Assembly (NCBI RefSeq): GCF_009914755.1
Contig: NC_060940.1
Strand: one strand, 5' to 3'
From: the human T2T-CHM13v2.0 reference genome, Homo sapiens
Length of the DNA: 64,000 nt
The notes under the pieces are model-generated. The model ran no database searches. It was given only the letters and a program-made list of their open reading frames with translations, and was not told the DNA's origin. Positions within the stretch are counted from its first letter, which is position 1; every line of letters starts with the position of its first letter. The translations under genes were made by a program, and so were the position numbers. Shown piece by piece: positions 1-23,382 of the stretch.

Positions 1-148
1 TGCTGGTCTTGAATTCCTGGGGTCAAGTGATGCTTCTGCTTTAGCCTCCCAAGGAGCTGGAATCATGGGTGCACACCACCATGCTCGGCTACTATTTTCT
101 TCAAAATTTGACTATTCTGACAGATTCTAGCTTAACAGTACATATTAG

Positions 149-438
<290 letters not shown>

Positions 439-3400
439 TGATCCACCCGCCTCGGCCTCCCAAAGTGCTGGGATTACAGGCTTGAGCCACCGTGCCAGGC
501 CATGGAACATTCTTTAAAATAGTATAGACTTCATAGCAGTTGCAACTTCAGTTATTGTATTCTGCTATCATTTTGGTCTTCTTGTGGCTTCTAAAAGCTG
601 AATTTTCACTGCATATCCAAACTCCATAACTTGGTAATCAGCTCTTTAATAGAAGTAGCTATCTGACAATAGCACAACTCACATATGCAAAAATACAATT
701 TGTCAATCTAGATTTATGAGATCATTTAAAATTCTCAACCAAAGCGTAAGCTTTCAACATTCTCAACCATGGCCTAAGTAAATCTCAGTGACTGAGTATT
801 TAAGAACCAGGTACAACACAAAATATAGTCATCTATGGGAGATAACTAGGGAATTACCTTTCGCACAAAATCAGTCAGGAAAAAAAAATACAATGTGTAC
901 AATTCCTCAGAATTATTTATTTAAACCCTACTTTGTTACAAAATGATTTAAGACAGGATTTCCTCAATAAATGGGAGGAGAGCCAGGCGCCGTGACTCAC
1001 GCCTGTAATCTCAGAACTTTGCGGGGCCGAGGCGGACGGATCACTTGAAGTCAGGAGATCCAGACCAGCCTGGTCAACATAGTGAAACCCCATCTCTACT
1101 AAAAATACAAAAATTAGCTAGGCGCGGTGGTGGGCGCCTGTAACCCCAGGTACTCGGGAGGCTGAGGCAGGACAATCACTTCATCCCAGGAAGCAGAGGT
1201 TGCAGTGAGCAGATTGCATCACTGCACTCCAGCCTGGGTGACAGAAAAAGACTCCATCTCAAAAAAGAAAAATAAAAAAATGAGAGGGATTCCAGCACTT
1301 TTCTCAATATATTCTGGCTAAATGTAAGATGGTCACTTAAATTGAGCAGATGGGACTTCATTAAATCACGATGAAAATGAACAGCCAAGAAAAGAACTAT
1401 TGTATAGAAAGGAACTTTGGTAAAGTGCATGAATAAAATTACATTTTGGTGGATATATCTAATTAATATTCATTTCCTCAACTTGCAAAGCAAATGACAT
1501 CATTGTTTGTCACTTTAACTAGTTCTCTGTTCAACAGTGGACCTACTGACAGATGCCCAAATAAAGATCACACACTAACATAAAAAGATGTAACTGCAGC
1601 CAAACATGGTGGCATGCACGTATAGTCCCAGTGCTTTAGGAGACTGAGGTGTGAGGATTGCCAGAACCCAGGAGTTTGAGGCTGCAATGAGCTATAATCT
1701 CACCACTGCCCTCCAACCTGAGCGACTGAGCAAAACCCTGTGTCTAAAATAAATAAATAATAAAAACATATAATTGCCTTCAGTTTATAAGACTTTGTGA
1801 TAAAACGGGAAAAAAGAAAAAACAGTTGTAACTGTGCTTGGAGATACCCACCAGATGGGCCATTCTCACAAACTGATCAAATGATCACTATGGTGGTGTT
1901 AAAAATAAGTTTACAAATTGTAACTTTTCCTTCACTGAAAACTGATCAAGAAAGCCAACTCCCCAAATTATAATCTTGTCTTATCTAGTGGTCTGTCCTA
2001 GATTGACAGAACATAAAATTGGGCAATTATTCATGTTGTGAAAGGATCCACTACACAAAAAACAAAATTTAAAAATTAACGCAAGTTTCCTTGACATTGT
2101 CAACTCCATCAGTACATTTAAAATGGGATTCCAGGCTGGGTGCGGTGGCTCACACCTATAATCCCAGCATTTTGGGAGGCTGAGGCAAGACAACTGCTTG
2201 AGCCCAGGAGTTCAAGACCAGCCTGGGCAACACAGAGAGACCTCATCTCTACAAAAAAATATTAAAAGATTGGCCAGGTGTGGTGGTGTGTGCCTGTAGT
2301 CCTAGCTGCTTGGGAGGCTGGGGCAGGAGGATCACTTAAGCCAGGAATTCAAGGCTACAGTGAGCTGTGACTCCTCCATTGTGCTCCAGCCTGGGCAACA
2401 GAGAGAGATCCCTGTCTCTAAAGAAAAGAAGAAAAAGGAAAGAAAGAAAAGAAACATGCTGGGTTTCAGGAACAATTAGCCTAAGATTTAAAAGATTTCT
2501 GTGGAAAAATCAAGTCACTAAGTCACACAAAGACAATTATAGCTGGTGATAATTCATCTTTTTTTTTTTTTTTTTCTTTTGAGACAGGGTCTTGGTCTCG
2601 CTGTATCACCCAGGGTGAAGTGTAGTGGCACGATCATGGCTCGCTGCAGCCTCACTCTTCTGGGCTCAAGCAATCCTCCCGCCTCAGCTTCCTGAATCCC
2701 TGGGACTACAGGCACATGCCATCACATGAGGCCAATTTTTAATTTTTTTGTAGAGAAGGGTCTCACTATGTTGCCTGAGCTAGTCTCCAGCTCCTGGGCT
2801 CAAGCAATGCTCCCACCTTAGCCTCTCAAAGTGCTGGGATTATAGGCATGAGCCACTGGTAAGAATAAATCGCCTACTTTATATTACAGTTAACAGTTAA
2901 TTACAAATTCCTAAATCACAAAATGTCCCTCTTACTCTTACTATAACAAAGTGAAATAGTCCTACAGGAAAGATCCATTACAATAAGATATACAGTTAGG
3001 TGCTGGAAACAAGCAACAGTAAGTAGCTATTGATTATCTTACCATTTTACAATAAATCATGACTTTAAATACTTTACTAGAAAATTTAAAGTTCTTTGAC
3101 TAGGAAAAATGGACCTCTTTCCATAAAATTTTTGGTTTTGTTTGGGGCTAACCCAAACAATTTATTTAAACCAACTTTAGTATGAAATATACAGATTATA
3201 CACAAAATAATCTAATACACTCTGGGGCAACCTGGTGAGACAATGCCTCTACAAATAAAATAGTCAGCTGGGCGTGGTGGTTCATGCCTGTGGTCTCAGC
3301 TACTGGGGAGGCAGAGGTGTGAGGAATGCTTAAGCCTAGCCATCAGAGGCTGCAGTGAGCTAGGATTATACCACTGCATTCCAACCTGGGTGGCAGGTTG

Positions 3401-4104
3401 GAATAATATTATTATTTTTTTATTATTTTATATATACATAATTTTGAGACAAGGTCTTGCTCTGTCTCAAATATATATATTATAATAAATATTATTACTA
3501 ATAAAAATATATAAAATAATATTATTATTACAACCTAATAGTCTTTAGCCAATGAGTAAGAGAATAGCTGAAACTGTGTAACAGTCTGTTTACAGACTAT
3601 TTCCATATGTAGGCTGATAAGAACAACTCTAATAATATAGCTTTTAAATAATACAGCAATTATTTAAATGCATTCTCATAAATAAAATATATTCTAATTT
3701 TCACTGCTCAGGAACAGTGAAGTACTTTATAATTTGGCAGGAGGAAGATTTACTCCCCATACATTAAAGATAAGCAGTAGAAAGAATCTTTATATTTTTG
3801 CATCTGACCAGTTTCAACAGCACCCCTAATTGGTGTGGGGTTAGCAAAAAGTTTGTGGTTATTACAATCATTGTATAAAGAGCTAAGTAAACTAGAAGAA
3901 ACCCAGGACCTTTGATAAAACAGCTTTGTAAATCCTTACCTCAAATATTACAAATGTTTCTATAACTATATATGATTTGTTTGACTTTTGTAGATCTTTA
4001 TTTCCTGCTTATCCATTACTATGTAATAGTAAGTGTGCTGAAGTAAAGCTGTGAGACTCAATTAAAGGAAAATTTTAATCATAGAGGTCTTTAGATAGCA
4101 AAAT

Positions 4105-4164
4105 AGGCAAGAAGCTCTCTTTAGGTCTGGGGAGAGGCAAGAAGCTCTCTTTAGGTCTGGGGAG
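4105..4164. repeat. Perfect 30-bp tandem duplication
   Basis: AGGCAAGAAGCTCTCTTTAGGTCTGGGGAG x2. Confidence 0.95.
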
Positions 4165-5514
4165 GGGCCAGAGCATAGGCTTACTTATGGGTGACCACTT
4201 AGCCCAAGAGTGTGAGCAGGTGGAAGTGAGAATGCTTTGCAGATACTAGTAGGCCAAAACTCTAGGCATAGTTAATTCAGATACTAGTCCAGACGCAGAA
4301 GATTTCAGGAAAACAGACCAAAAGCCTGAGTCAGGAGCTCTTGAGACTGAGAAGGTAACAGGAAGCAAAGGAGGCTAAAGAACATGGTCAGAAGACCATA
4401 TCCCAGAAGCATCTGAAAGAAGTCTGGTGCAGCTATCTGGAAGCAGCCAGCTGGTTCCTTGGTAGAAAGTGTCCTGTGTGTCTTTTTTTTTTTTGGTAGG
4501 GTTGGGGTTTCACCATGCTTTCTAGGCTGGTCTTCAACTCCTGGGTTCAAGTAATCCATCTGCCTCAGCTCCCAAAGTGCTGGGATTACAGGCGTGAGCC
4601 ACCAGGCCTGGCCATAGAAAGTGTCCTGTCTTGAAGATTGTGCTGAGGGGATAATGAGTCCTTTTTTATGGAAGACATACCACTCATTTGTAAAGAACAT
4701 ATGCTGAACAAAATAGAAAAATTTTAAATGCTAGACACACACATAAGGAAAGCAGTAAAACCCTGAAACTGTAGGTAGTTAAAAATTTAAAATATTTGCA
4801 TTTTTATTCACAGATGGTCTTCAACTTTCACAGTCTGATTTTCATATATTATATACTTATGTACCTAAGAGGCTTTTCAATGTGGATTTTATATTTTGTG
4901 TTCACCAGCTGACAAACTTTTGAGCTACTGAGTGAAGGTGGTACTGGCTCACCAACATTTCACTTTTGGCAGTATCACCACATTGATGCATCTCTGTGAA
5001 ATTATTAGAGTATTTTATTGGATTTGGGGGAAAATGCAAGTGTTAGTATCAGCAAAAAGAAGCATCTCAATGTAACAGATTGCTTTCAGGTGTTAAGCCA
5101 GCCTTCCATGTGCTCAATTATGAATAATGGATAATAAAATGAAAGTGTGTGCACAAATGTTTGAACTGTATTACTGAAGATTATACCAAAAAGGTTAAGT
5201 ATAATTTAGGATTTTATAATATTTGTTAACTCGCTGAGCACCTGCTTTACAACATTTGAGTCTGACTTTAACCTGCATGGCTTTCGCCCATGTTTCCATG
5301 GATACACACACATTTGTAAATTTCAGGACTTGAGAACCTTAAGACATTTTTAGAAAATGTGAAGAAATCTCCAATTTTATTTTTAGCTTTAAAATTTTTT
5401 TGTAACTTATTTCTTACCCCCAAAGGATGCGGAAAGTTTCCTATATTAACTATTTTGACCCTACGAGTTTCATGGTGGATTAGAATAGTCAGAAGAAAAG
5501 AGAAGGGCAGATAA

Positions 5515-5880
<366 letters not shown>

Positions 5881-6963
5881 TGAACCACTGGGCCTGGCCT
5901 TTTATTTTTTAAACGAGGTATCTGAGTACATTTCCTTATTTCCTGCTTCATATGACTTTTACTATCAGAAGTAATCCTTTTTACCCATCTTTAGGCTTCC
6001 TGCTGTTTAAAAAAAAAAAAACTTAGCTGGGCATGGTGGTGTGCAACTGTAATCCAAGCTACTCAGGAGGCTGAGGGCAGGAGGATCGTTTGAGCCCAGG
6101 AGTTTGAGGCTGCAGCAAGCTATGATCACACCACTGCACTCCAGCCTGGGTGACAGAGGGAGATCCTGTCTCTAGAAAAGGTGAGGGTAAGGCTGGGGGA
6201 GGAGGGGCGATGGGGGGGCAGGGGACAACACAAATACAGTCAAATAAAAATATAACTCTTCCTTAATCCTCTGTCCTCTTTAGGCCAGGCTCTCTCCTCC
6301 TCAAACCTCTCTCATCTTAATTTTAGAGAGTGAAATATGCAGATAGTCTTGGATCTCTTCTTCCCTTCTAATTCTAGACATTCTTAGAACTTAATTCTTT
6401 GCCTGCTTTTTCTTCATTACTCATTCCCACCGAGATTACGTCTTCGTATCATGTCTCTATTGATGAAGACTTCATTTTTCATCTTCAGCCTTCTGACATA
6501 TGTATTTTCAGTTTCTTAATGTATTCACTTTGAATGTCCACTGTCACCTAAAATGTAACATGCCTAAAACATAATTTTATTTTGAATTTATTATTTTAAA
6601 AAATAAACCACTGGAGAATTTTAGACTTAATGGAAAAGTTGAGAAGACAGCACACAGAGTTCCCATATGCCTTCTCATTTTCCCCTATTGTTAATAGCTT
6701 ACTTTATATAGTGCAATCTGTCACAACTAAAGAACCAACAATGGTACACATTTTATTCAGATTGTACTAGGTATTTTATGAGGATGATGGTTAATTTTTT
6801 GTGTCAACTTCACTGGGCCACACGCGTTTCGCCAAACATTGTTCTGGGTGGGTCTACGGTGCTGTTTTTGGATGAGATTAGCACTTGGACAGGCAGACTA
6901 GCAAAGCAGACTGTCCTTCCCAATGTGGGTGGGTCCCATTCCATCAGTTGAAGGTCTGAATAG

Positions 6964-7209
<246 letters not shown>

Positions 7210-7369
7210 TAGTAACTTGACTGCCATCAAGCCTAGCTAATTTTTGTATTTTTGTAGAGATGGGTTTCAGCATGTTGGCCAGGATGGCCTTGAACTGACC
7301 TCAGGTGATCTGCCTGCCTCAGCCTACCAAAGTGCTGGGATTACAGGCATGAGCCACTGCGCCTAGCCC

Positions 7370-12108
<4,739 letters not shown>

Positions 12109-12522
12109 TGTTAAAGTTAGCCTAAAGCTGCCTTCTTACATATTTTAAGTTCGGGCCTAAAGATTTCTCAGTACATAGGGAACTGTAACCTGACTAGAAG
12201 AGAAAACAAACTGCAACCTACTCCTGTAACAAGTAACTCAGTCTCCGCCAATCACAGCAGCCATACTTCACTCATAGACCGCCAACTGCTTAAACTGTGT
12301 TCAGATAAGCCAAAGGCCCAGCTGTAACCAATCCTGCAGTTTCTGTACCTCACTTCCTTTCCTGTATGTCACTTTCCTTTTTCTGTCCATAAATCCTCTC
12401 CAACCATACACCAGCACCAGAGTAGTTCTCAACCTTTCCTGGTTCGAGAGGCTGCCTGATTCGCAAATTATTCTTTGCACAATTAAATTCTGTTAAATTT
12501 GTCTGAAGTTTTTCTTTTAACA
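12109..12522 (+). mobile_element. MER57-family 3' LTR
   Basis: TGTTAAAGTTAGCCTAAAGCTGCCTTCTTACATATTTTAAGTTC...CTGTAACCAATC...TTTTCTTTTAACA with TG..CA termini and TGTTAAA/TTTAACA inverted ends; follows the PPT. Confidence 0.85.
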
Positions 12523-13887
12523 CACCTTATTGGTTCTATGTCTCTGGAGAACACTGCCTAATACAAACCAAACTAAAAAGTTTGGTTTAGGTTTGGTTTT
12601 GCTTAAAGCAGTGTTTTCTAACGTTCCGTCTTTGTTACAGGATCCCATCCAGGATTTAGTCACCATGCCTTCTTAGGCTCCTTGTTCTGATGATCTTGAC
12701 TGTTTTGAGGAAACCTCGTCAGGTATTTTGTAGAACGTCCCTCAATTTGGGTTTGTGTGACGTTTTCCTCATGGGTTATAGGCTTTTTGGAGAAAGACCA
12801 TATAGGTAAAGTGCCATTCTCAACAATCGCATCAAAGGCATACATGCTACAAACACCACCTCACTCATAACGTCAACTTTGATCACTTGGCCAAGGTTTC
12901 TCCACTGTAAAATGATTCCCTTTCCACCTTCCCATAGGCTACTCTTTGGAAGCAATTCACCAAGCTCAGCCCATCATCAAGAAAGAAATGCAGAGGCCCA
13001 CCTCCTGGACAGGGAAAGTATCTACATAAATTATTTGTGATTCTTCTCTACAGGACATTTGTCTTTTCTATTTATTTATTTAACAGAATTTATTTTTGTC
13101 CCCAAGCCAGTTCTTTCTACCACGGCTTCATCGTTCCCACAGGGAGTAACCCCCACATACCCAGTGAAACTTTTGGTTTATCTTTAATTTTTCTCCTGTA
13201 TGTCTCATATTTTAATCCTTTAAAGAGCTCTCCATTGTCATCTTTTTCCAATGTTGTTTAGATTTAGTCAATCTCTTTTCCTTCTGTCATGACTTTAATC
13301 CAGACTACCGTCTTCATTCTCTCGAAGAGTTAACCTCTGAGCAGGTCTCTTTTTTTCCCCTCCATGCCTATTCTGTTGTAATTTGCCTTTTATATCCTTT
13401 AGTCATACTATTAGATTATTATTCTTATACTTTCAAAAGTATAATTTTAGTAGCATTACAGAGTCAAGACCATTCCCAACCCTAGAACTCAGAATGGAGA
13501 AAGTGCATAATAAATATCTGATGGGAAGTAGAAGATACAACAAATTTTTTTCCACCACAATTTATTCTCCACACCAGGAAAATAATACCCTGCAGGAAAC
13601 TTTAAATAAACAACAGAAATATTTAAACATTAATTATTTTAAACCTAACACATATTGCTAAGATGTGAATGAAAAGTATATATAGTCACGCAAAGAATAT
13701 AGATATCAGAGGAGAAAATGTTTAAGATGTTGCAAAACTATAGGAAGCTAAGAAAAAGAAAATTGTCTTTGCCCAGAAAAAGAATCTAAGAAAACCTTTC
13801 AGGCCGCTTAATGGGTCTCCTAAAATCTAGCATTTTTGAATTTTCTATAGGAGAAAATCTTGAATAAAATTACATGATTACATGTAA

Positions 13888-13970
13888 TTGTGTGTGTGTG
13901 TGTTGTGTGTGGGGGGTGTAGGGAGCGGGGAGAGAGAGACAGAGAGAGAGAGAGAGAGACAGACAGAGAG
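13888..13970. repeat. Compound (TG)n / (GA)n microsatellite
   Basis: Directly visible. Confidence 0.9.
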
Positions 13971-14283
13971 AGGAGTTAGCTGTTTCTTTTGTTTTGTTGG
14001 TAGGAGGAACAGAGTTAAGTTCAATTACCAATGTTGTAACACGTCCCTCAGCTCTGGCCTGGCTCACAATAGTTTCACTGAAATTTGTAATGCCAGCGCT
14101 TTAGAATTTGAAATGAGAAATTGACAGGTATCTCTTTATTCTAATGATAGAAGCAAATACAAAACATTGGGGTTTCCTAGGACACAGGACTATTCTTCAT
14201 TTGGGTCACGTCAGAAGTAAAACTCCAAAAGATAAAAATCACTGCTTCCTGTGCTGAAACCTTACTATATATGGTGCACTTTC

Positions 14284-14595
<312 letters not shown>

Positions 14596-15058
14596 ATATG
14601 GTGCACTTTCATTGTCTGCTTCTCTAGCCTCCTGGCTTTCTTTTGGGGATTCACCCAACTCTGTCAATCTCAGTCTGAGTGCTCCAGGTCGGGCCTCATT
14701 CCTGACACAGATAGAGCAAATGAGTCCACATAATCCAAGACTATGCACATAACATTCCTAACTGGTTCAGGGACTCAGACAATGACAAACAATACAACAT
14801 TTGCAATAATGCTGGGACACATGGAGGAACAGGAATAAAAGCTACTTTGGCCACCTTGCCACAACGTGGAGACTGTGAAAGAAGCCAGCCCAGAAGCAGA
14901 TGGTAAGAGAAGTCAGTCCTGCTAAGATGCCAAGTATCAATACCTATCTAAGCCTGAAGCCTGTGCTAAACCTTGTCTTTACAGTTATATGAGGCAAATT
15001 CTCTTTTTACCTGAAGCTAGTTTGGAAAGGACTTCCTATTACTATAAAAGAATCATAA

Positions 15059-15494
<436 letters not shown>

Positions 15495-16276
15495 TCAGGT
15501 GCACATGCAAAGTAACAGAAAAGCTTAAAAATAAGTGCAGTTATCTGCTTCTGGAAGTGGTTATTTAGAACAACCCTTTAACTATAAACAACTAAAAGTG
15601 TTGGAAAACAAAAATCTTCTTAAAAGCAATAAAGAGCTAAAAATACCGTAAATTACTGTCAAGCCAGAACTGAAGGAAAAGGGGGTACATACCCAAGAAC
15701 ACAGGAGAGCTCAAAAGCTCACTTCTGCCTTGAAGGCACTTGCTAAACCCATCAAAATGACTGAAGGGCCGTGTGGGCAGAAACCAAGCCCAAGGCCTGC
15801 CCAAGGTAGGAAATCTAATGAGATAGTCCTCACTTAAAGCTGGCATCTCAAAAGGCTACACCCTTAAGACAAGGGTGAATCAGAAGTAAACCAGCCTTTC
15901 CACAGATCTGAGCACAGATTTGTACTGTATGGGTGTTTCAGAAAACCTCGAACTGTGAGAATGATGTAAGATGGTCTTAGAATGGAGTGGTCAGAATTCC
16001 CTAGCATAAGCAAATAAAAATCCTTTCTGAAACAAGACATCATAAACGATAATCAGCAGAAAGGCAAAGAAACTTTAATAGACATTTAAACACAGTAAAC
16101 CCAAGTATTTATTCTATGTTTCCTTGGGTTTGAAGGTATATATACCTGAACTGAACAATGCCAGCTGCTTATCAACTGTCATTCACAAACCTGGAACACA
16201 TCCACCTCGTAAATACTGATTCCAGTTTCAAATACATCTCTAACAGAGTCTAGCTTATCATTATTTCTAGTTCTCA

Positions 16277-16441
<165 letters not shown>

Positions 16442-16480
16442 TTAGCTGGGCATGGTGGGGCTCACCTGTAATTCCAGCTA

Positions 16481-16741
<261 letters not shown>

Positions 16742-17237
16742 TCAAAAAAAAGAAAAGGAAAGAAAAAAAAAAAACAATAGTTTTGAAATTTTTTGATGGC
16801 TCATAATTTTATTGAAAAGACAAATGGTTTTTGCTCCATAATTACAAAATATTTTCATTTTTATATTAATAAAAATCAATCAGAATAATAAATCCAATGA
16901 ATATTTTCACTTCTACATCACCTATTTCCTTCTAGGTGCTTTTGTACACACACCTGACTTCACCATTTCTCCAGCTGTCTAATAAACTTTGGTGCAAAAA
17001 CATCATAAAACCACCAGCTATTTGTCTCTCTACTGGTACCAGCAAACTACCAGGTATTTGTCTCTTTACATTTATCTTTTAATTCACATAATAATTGTGA
17101 AGCATTTCTCAGCCTCAGAAAATCTTAAAAGAAGCTATAGGAATAAACTGCTCAATAGCAAAAATGAAAGCCAAAAGACAGTGGAATAAAAAAAAATGCA
17201 CTGAAAGAAAAATATATTCCAACCTAAAATTCTATAC

Positions 17238-19876
<2,639 letters not shown>

Positions 19877-20114
19877 TAAGCCCAGCAAAAATATCTTTTA
19901 AGAATAGGGTAGAATGAAGATATTTCTAGACAAAAAAACCCTGACAGTTGGCCCTCAGAAGATCTTTACTACAAGAAGTTCTGAAGAATGTATTGTAGGC
20001 AGATGAGAGATGCAAGAAGATACAGGGAGAAAAGAAAGTGCTAAATATCTGGGTAAATATATTTTTTTTAAAAATTGCTTTTTAAGTACAATAATAATCG
20101 TATCTTAAAGGATT

Positions 20115-20230
20115 CTGAAAATTTGATGCCAGTATCCACTCTCAGACATTCTGATTTAATTTGCCTGAAACATCTGGGTATTACTATATTAAAAATCACC
20201 CTAGATATAACTAGGGTTAGGAACCACTGA
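20115..20230. mobile_element. MER5-like hAT-Charlie relic
   Basis: CAGACATTCTGATTTAATT...AGGGTTAGGAACCACTG. Confidence 0.55.
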
Positions 20231-20308
20231 CTTAAATTTTAAAACTTATACTTATATATCTAAAGCTGGCATGAATCCTCATCTTCCTTCCCCTTTTATT
20301 TATCTTGC

Positions 20309-20339
<31 letters not shown>

Positions 20340-20522
20340 GACAGGGTCTCACCCTGTTGCCCAGGCTCGACCTCCTGGGCTCAGCTTCCCCAGTAGCTGG
20401 GACTACAGTCGCACACTACTGAGCCTGGCTAATTAGCCCTCCTGGGTTCAAGTGATTTTCCCACCCTGGCCTCCCAAAGAGCTGGGATTACATGTGTGAG
20501 CCACCTGGCCCAGCCTATCTAG

Positions 20523-20741
<219 letters not shown>

Positions 20742-20876
20742 TAAGCTACTGACTCATGATTCTCCACGGAAGTAAGCAACATGCGTGTGCACGCGCACAC
20801 ATACACACATACACTTATTATCTCTGTAATACAAAGTAGCTCAGCCTAAAGATACTAAAGGTCTAAAGAACACTAA

Positions 20877-20905
20877 GCTTCTCAGCCTTTGGTGAAGATG
20901 AAGTG
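20877..20905 (+). pseudogene. 5' fragment of U2 snRNA (truncated retrocopy)
   Basis: GCTTCTCAGCCTTTGGTGAAGATGAAGTG vs U2 5' end GCTTCTCGGCCTTTTGGCTAAGATCAAGTG (about 25/30), followed by an A run. The match is short. Confidence 0.5.
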
Positions 20906-21610
20906 GAAAAAACAATTACTATGTAATTTCTAATTATTTCCCATCAACAGGATATGACTATTTAAATTCAGAGGGTGTTCACAGTTGCAAGCATCCAAGA
21001 AAATCTCAGCTAAAGCTAACGCTAAACAGGTTTTCTGGTTAATGTTCTTCTACGGTATATTCAGCAAAATATTATCTAATATAAAAGACCAGACTGCAGG
21101 CCATCTGTTAACAGTAACAGATAGGGATACTGCATTACTCAAAACTGACTATGTTAACTGTTCATTTTCCTAAACTGCTCTGTTGACTAGCTATGAAGGA
21201 TGGTGCTTATCATCTAACTCAAAATGCAAATATCAGAATTAACCCCCAAAGCAAGCCTTTGAATGATGAAAGATTTCCAAAATAATAAATTTTGGCAACA
21301 AAATCAAAATAAAAAAGAGGTAGAATCTAGGTCAGTGCAGTGGCTCACGCCTGTAACCCCAGCACTTCGGGAGGCTGAGGAGGGAGGATCATTTGAGGCC
21401 AGGAGTTTGAGACCAACCTGGCCAACACGGTAAAATGCCATTTCTACTAAAAACACAAAAAATTAGCTGAGCATGGTGGTGCACACCTGTAGTCCCAGTT
21501 GCTTGAAAGGCTGAGACACAAGAATCTCTTGAACTCGGGAGGTGGAGGTTGCAGTGAGCCTAGATTGCACCACTGCACTCCAGCCTGGGTAAGAGAGCAA
21601 GACTCTGTCT

Positions 21611-21649
<39 letters not shown>

Positions 21650-22044
21650 CAGAGAGAGAGAGAGACAGGAGGAATCCATATAAAGAACAAGAAGCCGGGT
21701 GCAGTGGATCACGCCTGTAATCCTAGCACTTTGGGAGGCCGGGGGGGGGGGGGGGGGGGCGGATCACGAGGTCAAGAGTTCAAGACCAGCCTGCTCAAGA
21801 TGGTGAAATCTCACCTCTATTAAAAATACAAAAATTAGCTGGGCATGATGGTGGGTGCCTGTAATCCCAGCTACTCAGGAGGCTGAGGCAGGGAATTACT
21901 TGAACCTGGGAGGCAGAGGCTGTAGTGAGCTGAGATCACACCACTGCACTCCAGCCTAGGCCACAGAGCGAGACTCCATCTGAAAAAAAGAACAAAAAAA
22001 CACTGCACCTAACAGGTAATACAAATGAGTAAACTGTCTGAATC

Positions 22045-22195
22045 ACACACTGATTTTGAGATGCACCATTACTTTACGTACCACTAGGGGAGAAATATTC
22101 TACCAATCATATGATGTCATAAAATTTAAGATGCATTCTGATTTCAAAGATGTTAAGATGAAAAATTAACAGCATGTTTTAGAATCAATAAGACA
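22045..22195. mobile_element. MER96B-like DNA transposon relic
   Basis: TAAGATGCATTCTGATTTCAAAGATGTTAAGATGAAAAA...TTTTAGAATCAAT. Confidence 0.5.
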
Positions 22196-22264
22196 TCACA
22201 AATAACAAAATATTATGACCAGGTAACCAGAGGACTTTTGCTGGAAGCTAACTACCAATATTAG

Positions 22265-22504
<240 letters not shown>

Positions 22505-23174
22505 TGAGAAAATATTGATTTCATAGAGAAGTGGCAATATATTCAAATTCATCACCAACAAAAAAGCAGTATCACGAAACCATATACAACCAACAGTAAG
22601 CATACAAGCACAGTGTGCTCTCATGCTCTCTCTCTCTCTCTCAAAATTCCAAACTAGCCAGGCGCGGTGGTTCACGCCAGTAATCCCAGCACTTTGGGAG
22701 GCCAAGGTGGCAGATCACCTGAGGTCAAGAGTTTGACACCAGTCTGGCCAATGTGGTGAAACCCTGTCTCTACTAAACATACAAAAATTAGCCAGGCATG
22801 GTAGAGGTTGCCTGTAATCCCAGCTACTCAGGAGGCTGAGGCAGAACTGCTTGAACCCGGGAGGTGAAGGCGGCGGTGAGCTGAGATAGCACCACTGCAC
22901 TCCAGTCTGCGCGACAGAGCGAGACTCCTTCTCAAAAAAAAAAAAAGTTCAAACTATTTTAAGTCTGTGGTGTCATACATACACATTTGGCCCTGGTTAA
23001 TAAAACTCCACACCAACTATTAAAGACTGACAAATTCCGTGAATTTCTATAAAAATGCAAGACATATAAAGAGAATACAGCCAAACATTTTTCTAACTTA
23101 AAATGACACCATGATTTGGATGGATCATAGACCATTTTAAATGAGTTGCATGTACATTATATATTATAGTCTAA

Positions 23175-23382
23175 GACACGTGTCAGCAAATTTTTTCAGT
23201 AAAGAGGCATACCATACTTATTTTAGGCTTTGCAGAACACATACAATCTCTTGTGGTCTCTATGGCATCCCCTTAATAACCTTTTAAAATTATAAAAACC
23301 ATTCTTAACTCCAGAGCCATACTAAAACAGGTTGTGGGGCTGGATCTGTCCCTTGGACTACAGTTTGCCCACCTCTGGTCTG
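23175..23382. mobile_element. MER58-type hAT-Charlie MITE
   Basis: GTCAGCAAATTTTTTCAGTAAAG...TTTTAGGCTTTGCAG...TACAGTTTGCCCACCTCTG with degenerate TIRs. Confidence 0.7.

Noticed and set aside
4860-5480. Repeat-free stretches (also about 24960-25840 and 47540-48600) as possible conserved enhancers or exons
   Set aside because: No ORF, splice or motif evidence is visible, and conservation cannot be assessed from the sequence alone.
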